NCBI RefSeq assembly: GCF_009914755.1 | Contig: NC_060936.1 | Length of the DNA stretch: 64,000 bases | From: the human T2T-CHM13v2.0 reference genome, Homo sapiens | Direction: 5' to 3' (one strand) | Shown: positions 51,240 through 64,000 of the stretch, one piece after another | Layout of the letters: each line of letters opens with the position of its first letter | Numbering within the stretch: the first letter of the stretch is position 1 | Notes under the pieces: generated by a model | What the model was told of the DNA's origin: nothing | Databases searched by the model: none | What the model saw: only the letters and a program-made list of their open reading frames with translations | Program-made: the position numbers and the translations under genes

Positions 51240-51675
51240 CAACGTGACTGGGCCACAGGGTGCCCAGATATTCGCTCAAACACTATTCTGGATGTGTCTC
51301 TTTGGATGCTTCTGTATGAGATTAAAATCTGAATCTAAATTGTTACCCTTCCTAATGTGGGTAGGCCTATTTAGTCAGTTGAAGGCATAAATATAATACA
51401 AAGACTGAGTAAGTGGATAATCATCCTGCATGACTGTCTTTGAACTGGAACATTGGATTTTTGTTTTTATATTGCCCTCAGACTTTATCTAAAACATCTG
51501 CATGTTCTGGGTCTCAAGCCTGTGGTGTTTTGGATTGAAGCTACACCATCAAATCTTTGGATTCCTTGGGATGGAGTCTGGAACTAGAACATCGGCTCTC
51601 CAACTTACCATCTTGGGACTTGTTAGCCTCCCAGATTACATCAGCTGATTGTTAATAATAATAATTCTTTCTCTC

Positions 51676-51720
<45 letters not shown>

Positions 51721-51780
51721 CATCATCTATCATCTATCTATATATGTGTGTGTGTGTATAACCGAAAGGATATCTCTTTC

Positions 51781-51815
<35 letters not shown>
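51240..51815 (+). mobile_element. MLT2 LTR (paralog of 37100-37660) with (TCTA)n at ~51677-51740 and (TG)n at ~51785-51812
   Basis: tcaacgtgactgggccacagggtgcccagatat... Confidence 0.8.
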
Positions 51816-51816
<1 letters not shown>

Positions 51817-52366
51817 AGCTGAACTTCATCAAAATTTCAATGCATGAGACTTTGCACAAAACACTGCCAAGAGAATGAGAAGTCAAGCCACAGAGTAAGA
51901 ATATGTTGGCAAAAGACATATTTGATAAAGGACTGTTACCAAAACTATACAAGAACTCTTAAAATTAACAATAAGAAACAACCCGGTTATAAAATGGGCC
52001 AGAGTGTTTAACAGATACATGACCAAAGCAGATATACAAATGGCAAATCAGCATATGAAAGATGTTCAACATTATATGTCATCAGGTAAGTTAAAATTTA
52101 AAAAAAATGAGATAACACTACACACCTATTCAAATGTTTAAAATCCAGAACACTGAGAATACCACATACTGGTGAAGATGTGGAACAACAGGAACTCTCA
52201 TTCATTGCCTGTGGAAATACAAAATGACATGGCCACTTTGGGAGACAGTTTGGCAGTTTCTCCCAAAACTAAACCTACTTTTACCATACAATTGAGCTAT
52301 TGAACTCATTAGTATTTACCCAAATGAATTGAAAGTATATGCCCACCTAGAAACCTGCACACAGAT

Positions 52367-52753
52367 TGGTGTGGTTTGGATTTGTGTCCCCACCCAAATC
52401 TCATGTTGAATAGTAATCCCCGATGTTGGAGGAGGAGCCTGGTGGGAGGTGATTAGATGATGCGGGCAAACTTCCCCCCTTGTGTTCTCATGATAGTGAG
52501 TGAGTTCTCATGAGGTCTGGTTGTTTAAAAGTGTGTAGCACCTTCCCCTTCTCTCTCTCTTCCTTCTGCTGCAGTCATGTAAGATATGCCAGCTTCTCCT
52601 ACACCTTCCACCATGATTATAAGTTTCCTGAGGCCTCTCCAGAAGCAGAGGCCTATAGAGCCTGTATAATTGTGAGCCAATTAAAACTTTTTACTTTATA
52701 AATTATCCAGTTTCAGGTATTTCTTTATAGCAGTGCGAGAACGGACTAATACA
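52367..52753 (+). mobile_element. MST-type (MaLR) solo LTR
   Basis: TG...ggactaataCA termini; 5-bp TSD cagat. Confidence 0.88.
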
Positions 52754-52794
52754 CAGATATTTATAGTAGCTTTATTACCAATTGCCCAAACTAG

Positions 52795-53246
52795 TGTGAA
52801 AGGAAAATAAATCTTGGGATCCCCAAATCACTAAGCTAAAGGGAAAAGTCAAGCTGGGAACTGCTTAGGGCAACCTGCCTCCCATTCTATTCAAAGTCAA
52901 CCGTCTGTATTCACTGAGATAGACGCATATCTGATTGCTTCCTTTGGAAAGACTAATAAGAAACTCAAAAGAATGCAACTATTTGCCTCTTAGCTACCTA
53001 TAACCTGGAGGCCTCCCTCCCAGCTTCAAGTTGTCCCATATTTCACACTGAACCAATGTACCTTCTTACATATATTGATTGGTGTCTCAAGTCTCCCTAA
53101 AACGTATAAAACCAAGCTGTTCCCCAACCATCTTGGGCGCAGGTTGTCAGGACCTCCTGAGGCTGTGTCATGGTGTGCATCCTTAACTTTGGCAAAATAA
53201 ACTTCCTAAATTGACTGAGACCTGTCTCATATATTTGGGGTTCACA
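52795..53246 (+). mobile_element. MER4-family (ERV1) solo LTR
   Basis: TGTGAAAGGAAAATAAATCTTGGG...GGGGTTCACA; 4-bp TSD ctag. Confidence 0.82.
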
Positions 53247-53908
53247 CTAGGAAGCAACCAATATGTCTTTTAGTAGGTGAGTAGTAAACAAACTGTGGCC
53301 TATCAAGACAATGGAATAATACTCAACACTAAAAAGAAACGAGCTGTCAAGCCATGAAAAGACATGTAGGAAATTTAGAGGCATGTTACCAAGTGAAAAA
53401 AGCCAATCTGTAAAGGCTACATATTGTATGATTCCTGTTAGATGGCATACTTTAGGCACAATTATGAAGACAGCAAAAAGATTATTGGCTGTTAGTGGGG
53501 AACGAAGGATGAATAGGCTTAGAATAGAGGATTTTTTAGGGTAGCAAAACTAACCTGTATGGTACAATAATAGATAAATGTCATAATACATTGTTCAAAA
53601 TCCATAAAATGTACAAAACTAAGATCAAAACTAATCTGTATGATACAATGATGGTAGATAAATGTCATAATACTTTGTTCAAAATCCATAAAATGTACAA
53701 CACTAAGAATGACCCCTAATGTAAACTATGAACTTTGGATAATAATGACATGCCAATGTAGCTTCGTTGGTTGCAACAAATGTACTGCTCTGTTTGGTGT
53801 TGTTCATGGGCAAAGCTATGAATTTGTTTGGGCAGGGGATATATGCTAAGTCTTTGTATCTTCTGGACAATTTTGTTGTGAACCTAAAACTGCTCTAAGT
53901 AATAAACA

Positions 53909-55300
53909 TAATATACTTTGGCTGAGTCCCCAACCAAATCACATCTTGAATTGTAGTTTTCATAATCCCCATGTGTCATGGAAGGGACTCAGTGGGAAGT
54001 GATTGTATCATGGGAGTGGCTTACCCCATGCTGTTCTCGAGATAGTGAGTGAGTCTCATGATATCTGATGGTTTTATAAGCATCTGGCATTTCCCCTGCT
54101 TGCACTCATTCTCTCTCCTTCCGCCCTGTGAAGATGTGCCTTCCACCATGATTGTAAGTTTCCTGAGACCCTCCCCAGCCATGCAGAACTGTGAGTCAAT
54201 TAAACCTCTTTTTTATATGAATTACCCAGTCTCAGATATTTATTCATAGCAGCAAAAGAAAGGACTAATACAGTAAATTGTTACCACAGAAAGTGGGGTG
54301 CTGCTATAATGATACCTGAAAATGTAGAAGTGACTTTGGAACTGGGTAATAGGCAGAGGTTGGAACAGTTTGGTGGGCTCAGAAGATACAAAAATGTGGG
54401 AAAGTTTGGAACTTTCTAGGGACTTGTTGAATGGCTTTAATCAAACTACTGACAGTGATATGAACAATGAAGTCCAGGCTGAGGTGGTCTCAGATAAAGA
54501 TGAGGAACTTGTTGGGAACTGGAGTAAAGGCCACTCTTGCTATCACAAAGAGACTGGAGGCATTTTGACCCTGCCCTAGAGATCTGTGGAGCTTTAAACT
54601 TGAGAGAGACAATTTAGGGTATCTGGCAGAAGAAATTTTTAAGCAGCAAAGCATTCGAGAGGTGACAGAGCATATTTGGAAATTTTGCAGCCTGATGATG
54701 CAGTAGAAAAGAAAAACCCATTTTATAGGGAGAAATTCAAGCCCTCTACAGGAATTTGCGTAAGTAACAAGGAGGTGAAAGTTAATCACCAAGACAATGG
54801 GGAAAACGTCTCCAGGGCATGTCAGAGACCTTCACAGCAGCAGACCAAGAGGCCTAGGAGGGAACAATGGTTTCCTGGGCTGGGCCCAGGGTCCCCCTTC
54901 TCTATGCTGCCTTGGAACACGGTGCCCTGCATCCCAACTGCTTCAGCTCCAGCTGTGGCTAAAAAATGTCAAGGTACAGCTCAGGCCATTGTCTTAGAGG
55001 ATGGAAGTACCAAACCTTGGTGGCTTCCATGTGGTGTTGAGTTCACAGAAGTCAAAAATTGAGGTTTGGGAACTTCTGCCTAGATTTCAGAGGGTGTATG
55101 GAAACACCTGGATGTCCAGGCAAAAATTTGCTGTAGGGGTGGAGCCCTCATGAAGAATCTCTGCTAGGGCAGTGTGGGAGGGAAATGTGGGGTTGGAGCC
55201 CCAACACAGAGTCCCCACTGAGGCACTGCCTAGTGGGGCTGTCAGAAGCGGGTTACCGTCCTCCGGACCTCATAATGGTAGATCCACTGATAGCTTGTAC
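53909..55300 (+). mobile_element. THE1 LTR (53909-54272) plus truncated THE1 internal region
   Basis: LTR ends ggactaataca, then gtaaattg...gtggggtgctgct typical of MaLR internal sequence. Confidence 0.85.
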
Positions 55301-55429
55301 TTGTTAATTTGCCTGCTTTAATCATTCCACAATGTGTGTGTGTGTATACACATGTATAAACATCATATTGAACTTCATAAATTTATATTCTTACTTTTTC
55401 AGTTAAAATAACATTAATCTTAAAACAAA

Positions 55430-57125
<1,696 letters not shown>

Positions 57126-57139
57126 TTAATATGAAAGTC

Positions 57140-60100
57140 CTTTAAAATTTTAATTTTAATAGATGAATAATAATTGTACATCTTCATGAGGTACATAGTG
57201 ATGTTTCTAGGCATATAATGTATAGTGATCAGATCAGGGTAATTAGCATATCCATCGTTTCAAACATTTAGCTTTTCTTTGTGTTGAGAACTTTCAATAT
57301 CCTCCTTCCAGCTGTTTGAAACCATATACATTATTAACTATAGTCATCCTACGGTAGTATAGAACACTAGAACTTATTCCTTCAAAGCAGCTGTAATTTT
57401 ACACCTTATAACAAGTCTGTCTCTATCCCACCCTTCCCCCACCCTTCCTGTCCTCTAGTATCCTCTGTCCTACTTTTCACTTCTCTAAGATCAAGTTTTT
57501 TAAGCTTCCACATATGAGCAAGAATGTGTGGTGTTAACTTTCTGTCCGTGGCTTACTTCACTTAAGATAATGTCTTCCAGTTCCATCCATGTTGTCATGA
57601 ATGACAAGATTTGACTTTTTAATATGGCTGGATAGTATTCCATAGTGTATATATACCACATTTTCTTTATCCATTCATCTGTTGCTGGACACCTAGGTTG
57701 ATTCCACATCTTGGCTATTGTGAATAGTGCTGCAATAAACATGAGGTTCAGATATCTATTCGATATCATGATTTCCTTTCCTTTGGATAAATTCTCAGTG
57801 GTGAGATTGCTGGATCATATAGTAGTTCTATTTGTAGTTGTTTTGGGAACCTCCATACTATTCTTCATAGTTGTTGTGGTGGTTTATATTCTCACCAGCA
57901 ATGTAAAAGAGTTTTCTTTTCTCTGCCTCCTTGTCAGCTTTTGTTATTTTTTGTCTTTTTGATGATAGCCATCCTAACTGGGGTGAGATGATAGCTCATT
58001 GTAGTTTTGATTTGCATTTCCCTGTTGATTCGTGATGTTGAGCATTTTTTATATATTTGTTCGCCATTCATATGTCTTCTTTCGATAAATGTCTGTTCAG
58101 ATCATTTGCCAATTTTTAAATTGAATTGTTTGCTGTTTTGCTGTCGAGATGTTTGAGTTCCTTATATATTCTGGATATTGTTGGATGAAGACTCAACAAA
58201 TACTTTAGTCTCATTCTGTAGGTTGCCTTTTCACTCTGTTGATTGTTTCCTCTGCAGTACAGAAGCTTTTTAGTTTGATACAATCCCATTTGTTTATTTT
58301 TGCTTTCATTGCTTGTTCTGTTGCGGTCTTATTTATAAAATCTTTTCCCAGACCAATGTTATGAAGTGATTCCCTTATGTTTTCTTCTAGTAGTTTTATC
58401 ATTTTGGGTCTTACATTTAGGTCTTTCATTCATTTTGAGTTGATTTTTATATAAAATGAGAGGTAGGACTCTAGTTTCATTCTTTCGCATATGGATGTTC
58501 AGTTTTCCCAGCATCATTTATTTAAAAGGCTGTTTTTCTCCCCAATGAGTGTTGTTGAAAACTTAGTCAAAAATCAGTTGGCTATAGAGGTGTAGATTAA
58601 TTCCTGGGTTCTCTATTCTGTCCATTGGTCTCTGTGTCTGTTTTTATGCCAGTATCATGCTATTTTTGTTACTACAGCATTGTGATATATTTTGACATCT
58701 TGTAGTATAATAACTTCAGCTTCGTTCTTTTTGATCAGGATTGCTTTGGTTATTGGGCATGGGGTGGTGGTCTTTTGTGGTTCCATACAAATTTTAGAAT
58801 TTTTTTCTATTTCTGGAAAGAACATCATTAATATTTTGACAGGGATTGCATTAATCTGTAGATTGCTTTGGGTAGTATTGTCATTTTAACAATATTAATT
58901 TTTCCATTCCATGAGCATGGGATATCTTTCCATTTGTTTGTATGTTCTTCAATTTATTTCATCAGAGTTTTGTGGTTTTCCTTGCAGAAGTTTCTCACCT
59001 CCTTGGTTAAATTTATTCCTGGAAATTTTATTTCATTTTTATAGTTATTGTAAATGGGATTGCCTTCTTGATTTTTTTAGCTAGTTTTGTTTTTGGGTAT
59101 AGAAATGCTACTGGTATTTGTTTATTAATTTTGTATCCTGCCACTTTACTGAATTTGTTTATCAATTCTAAGCATTTTTGTAGTCTTTAGGTTTCTCTAT
59201 ATAAAATATTATGTCATCTGCAAACAGGGACAATTTGGCTTCCTCCTTTCCAGTTTGGATGCCTTTTATTTCTTTTTGTTGCCTAATTGCTCTGGCTAGG
59301 ACTTCCAATACTATGTTGCATGAAAGTGGCAAGAGGACAACCTTGTCTTATTCCAGTTCTTAGAGGAAAAACTTTCAGCTTTTCCTTGTTTAGCAATATG
59401 TTAGCTATGGGTTTTCCTATATGGACTTTATTATATTGAGGTACTTTGCTTCTGTACCTAATTTATTAAGAGTTTTTATCATGAAGGGATGTTGAATTTT
59501 ATCAAAAGTTTCTCTGCATCTGTTGAGATGATCATATGGTTTCTGTCCATTCTATTAATGTGATGTATGACATATATGCATATGTTGAACCATCCTTGCA
59601 TTTCTGTGATAAATCCCACTTAATTATGGTGTATTCTCTTTTTGATGTGTTGTTGAATTTGGTTTGCTAGTGTTTTGTTGAGAATTTTTGCCTCTGTATT
59701 CATCAGGGATATTGGCCTTTAGTTTTCTTTTCCATGTTGTGTCCTTGTCTGGTTTTGATATCAGGATTATACTGGCCTTGTAGAATGAGTTAGGAAGAAT
59801 TTCCTCTGCTTTAATTTTTTTGGAATAGTTTGAGAAGGGTTAATATAGAGACAAGTTTATAGCAATAAGTGCCTACATCAAAAAACTAGAAAGGTTTCAA
59901 TAAACAACCTAATGTTGTACCTTGAGGAACTAGAAAAACAAGAAAGAACCAAACCCAAAATTAGTAGAAGGAAATAAATAATAAAGATCAGATCAGAAAT
60001 AAACAAAAATGAGACTAAAAAATACCAAAGATCAAGGAAACAAAAAGCTGATAAACAAAATTGACAAACCATTAGCTAGACTAAGAAAAAAAGAGAGAAG

Positions 60101-60424
60101 ATGCAAATAAATAAAATCAGAAATGAAAAAGGAGCCATCACAATGGACAACACAGAAATACAAAGGATCACTAGAGACTACTTATGAACAATTATATGCC
60201 AATAAATTTGAAAAACTAGAGGAAATGGGTAAATCCCTGGACACAAACAGTTACCAAGATTGAACTAAGAATAATTAGAAAACCTGAACAGATCAATAAC
60301 AAGTAATGAGGTTGAATCAGTAATAAAAAGTATTCCAACAAAGAAAAATCTAGGAGCAGATAACCTTACTACTGAATTCTACTCAACATGTACAGAAGAA
60401 TTAGTAACAATTCTTCTCAAACTA
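57140..60424 (-). mobile_element. L1MA-type insertion with 5' inversion (antisense ~57140-59845, sense ~59846-60424)
   Basis: ORF2 C-terminal remnants at 57500-57769 and 58211-58429 on the minus strand; strand switch near 59846. Confidence 0.85.
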
Positions 60425-61788
60425 AGCTATCAAATTTCCAATAGAGTTGTTTGTAGTATTTCTTTGTTACATTTTTAATGCCCATGAACCATAAGATTTT
60501 AATTTTATTTAAACCTATATGGATAATTTTTAACCTCCTTTTGCTGTATTGTTATATTCTAGATAATTTTTCTTATCAATTATTTTCTTTTTCATTATTT
60601 CTCAAGGGTACATATATATGCGGTAAGATTGCTTAGATTTTGGAAGTCAGTCTTCACCTTTCTGCTGTCAGGAAAGTTCTGGGGAGAATGTGAGGAAGTG
60701 CCAATGTGAGAAACTTCCCATATTGCTGGGGGAACTTTTGGAGATGAACACAGTTGGATGCCAATACAGCAGGATCCAGAAACACCAGTATAATCCAAGA
60801 AAATTTCTTCAGTGATACAAGAATCTTAGAGTTAGGAAGATAATTGTCACTCATGGAGGTAACAAGTACTGAAGTGGCCTGGGGACAGGACAGGACCTTG
60901 AACCTTATTCTGAGTTTTCCCTTCTCCATTCATAGAAGTTAAACCAGGACAGTTCACACCAAAGAGAAGAATAGGACCATCTCTTCTGAGCAACATGGAT
61001 TTGGTTTCTTTGGATCTCTATCAGAGCCTTAGGCTTGCTATCTGTGGATCTCTAACAGAGCCTTCTCCTATGAGAAGGAGGACATTTTTTTCTTCTACTG
61101 TCTTCACTCTTCAAGGAATAAGCATCTGAGTTTTGGCCTGAGTCTTTGAGCTCTTAATTTGACCAACTCGAATGTCTCCAACTTTTCCCTGTTGTGAAGA
61201 TTCTTGTGATGCACATCTGTGTGCATACACCTTTCTGAATTTGTTCTATTTCCTCAGGATATATTTCTAGAAGTATAATTACGGTTCAGTGTATGCACAT
61301 TTTAATTGTGCTTGATACATGTTGTCAGGCAAGTTTCTTGCTTATGAGGGCAATTATAATGATTAATCACATATCTGATTCTTTTGTCAAATAACTTGCT
61401 CTAGTTGGCCGAGAATATGTTTCTTAACTGGACAATTAGGCTGAGCCCTGGCGTAAGGGGAAAAGTGGTCCTGGAAACCAAGGCAGAGGGAATGGGATGC
61501 TAGTTCCTGGTATGGTCAGTTAAAACGGAGTGGACAATGCTGGTGGACCAGATGCCTCCCACTCCATTTGCCAAAAGTTCATATGGAATTTGATCTAGAA
61601 ATACACTCTGAATGTCATGATACCAAGCTGAAGTTTGATGAACCTCTCTAAAGGAGGGGAGTTATGTGTATAAAGAATAGATTATCTTTTAAAAACAACT
61701 ATTCACTTATCAGATAAAAAAGTTTAAGCCCAAAACTTTGGCCCCAAAGCAAGGCAAAGTAAAAGAATATATTGTATTATAAATCTGC

Positions 61789-61794
61789 TTTATT
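61789..61794 (-). terminator. KRT6A polyadenylation signal AATAAA
   Basis: ~520 nt after the stop. Confidence 0.8.
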
Positions 61795-62315
61795 TAGCAA
61801 TTGCAAACAGCGAAGAGCACAGAAATCATCACAGAGATACAGGCTTTGTACATCATAGGACTAGTCACTTGTGCTTTCATGGATACTGCCTGGGTGGGGG
61901 TTCACAACACTTATAAGTTAGAGAGTTTGAGAGCCAGTGGAAAGTAAGTGGAAGTTGTTCTGAAATAAGCCCCTGGCAATTTTCTGCAATGAAAAGGAGC
62001 AGAGGTCATTTTCTTATAATGCTCAGCCTCAGAGATAGAACACTGGAGGCAAGAAATTAATAATTTAGTAACAGTGAAGCTCCAGTGGTGATTACATCAT
62101 GATGTAAAATCAGAGGTTGATCTGATGGTGAGCAATGGGTGCTCAGATGGTATAGAGAGAGAGAGAAGAAGTGAGGGCACTAAGCATCCATACCCAGCTC
62201 TACCTGGGACAGCAGGGGAGACTGGAGGCCAGGAGAGGAAAGGCAACCTGAGGAGAGGGCTCTGCAGCCAGAGAGGGGCCTGAGGACTGTGGGACCGAGA
62301 GCTAGCAGACGCACT

Positions 62316-62594
<279 letters not shown>

Positions 62595-62664
62595 TCATCC
62601 TGTCAGCCTGAGCCCAGTCAGAAGAGTGCGAGGGCAGGGGAGGAAGGCAAGCAAAGGTACTTAC

Positions 62665-62699
62665 AGATGTTGACTTGTCCAACGCCTTCGCCATTCAGC
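62665..62699 (-). CDS. KRT6A: Keratin 6A exon 8 (35 bp)
   Basis: LNGEGVGQVNI. Confidence 0.94.
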
Positions 62700-62892
62700 C
62701 TGTGGAGAGGAACACAGGGAGGGTGAGACCTCAGAGAGCTCTTCCTTCCCTGGACCAGCGTGGGCAGCCTCGGTGGGTGGAAGAGTCCATGGGAAACTGC
62801 TCTTTTAGTTTTCTCTCAGGAAGAGCAATTATGGCCATGGGCAGTGCACCTTAAAGTTGTGCTCAGTGCCAGGAACCTTGAAGATGGACTCA

Positions 62893-63174
<282 letters not shown>

Positions 63175-63770
63175 TCATCCGGTCTTCCAGAGGAGACTAA
63201 ACCTGGCTGGTTATTTCCTAGTGAAGAAGGGGCCAGGAGCCCAGAATTGATGGTGAATGAGCTCTGACTCTTCCTATCTATTGTTTTTTTTTTTATTTTG
63301 CAGTTTTTGTCCAGTCTGGTTCATTTGACAAAAACTCATAACCCTTTTTGTGAACCACTCTGTGGGAGAATGTGGATATTTACTAATGGGAGACACTGCA
63401 GTGGACACATACACTGGAAGAAATGTACCTGCTGGTTTGTTTGGAGTGTTGTCTCCACAGTCAAATCAAGACCACTTATGATTACCTCATATAGATGCCA
63501 CACTAACATACACAAAATTAAGACCATCCTGAAGTGAGGTGATGAGTCTTCACATGAGACTGCTGAGACCTTGCCTTCCTCCCCCTCAGAATCTCTCATC
63601 TACTGTTCTTTGTCCTTTGCCCTTCCTCTACTCTCTCTTTCACCTTGAGTCTTGAGCAGATTTGAAACAATGTTCCTTGTGCTTTCTTATCTGCCCTTTT
63701 CTTTTTCAATTTGTTCCTTTGCAGTTTCCAAGTCAGTCTTCCTATGGAAATAAATCCAATTCCTCTAGAC

Positions 63771-64000
<230 letters not shown>

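Larger units (their letters stand above)
51815..53905 (+). mobile_element. Old L1M ORF2 end/3'UTR (paralog of ~38560-39680), interrupted by two LTRs
   Basis: Colinear with 38560-39680 by eye. Confidence 0.78.

Noticed and set aside
54370-55062. ORFs in the THE1 internal region
   Set aside because: Broken remnants of the MaLR internal ORF

Overview
This is human-like genomic DNA from the type II keratin cluster (12q13 by recall). It holds four minus-strand genes: KRT75 (exons 1-8; exon 9 lies before the window start), complete KRT6B and KRT6C (9 exons, 564 codons each), and KRT6A exons 7-9. All exon borders were read from GT/AG sites and give the canonical type II sizes (215/61/96/165/126/221/35 bp). 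The intergenic DNA is mostly Alu, L1, MIR, L2, MaLR/ERV LTRs and DNA-transposon relics, plus a 12-copy 42-bp VNTR. I found no new protein-coding system. The best structural signals are four. (i) The KRT6B-6C and KRT6C-6A spacers are diverged paralogous copies, and KRT6C looks like a 6B-5'/6A-3' unequal-crossover hybrid. (ii) Filled and empty transposon sites between the spacers date that duplication to before AluJ insertion, while the exons and introns 1-5 are nearly identical, which implies gene conversion. (iii) One Alu appears to carry a 161-bp passenger inside a single TSD pair. (iv) Several coding alleles differ from the canonical proteins as I recall them. Repeat subfamily calls and variant recollections are by eye and from memory and need checking.
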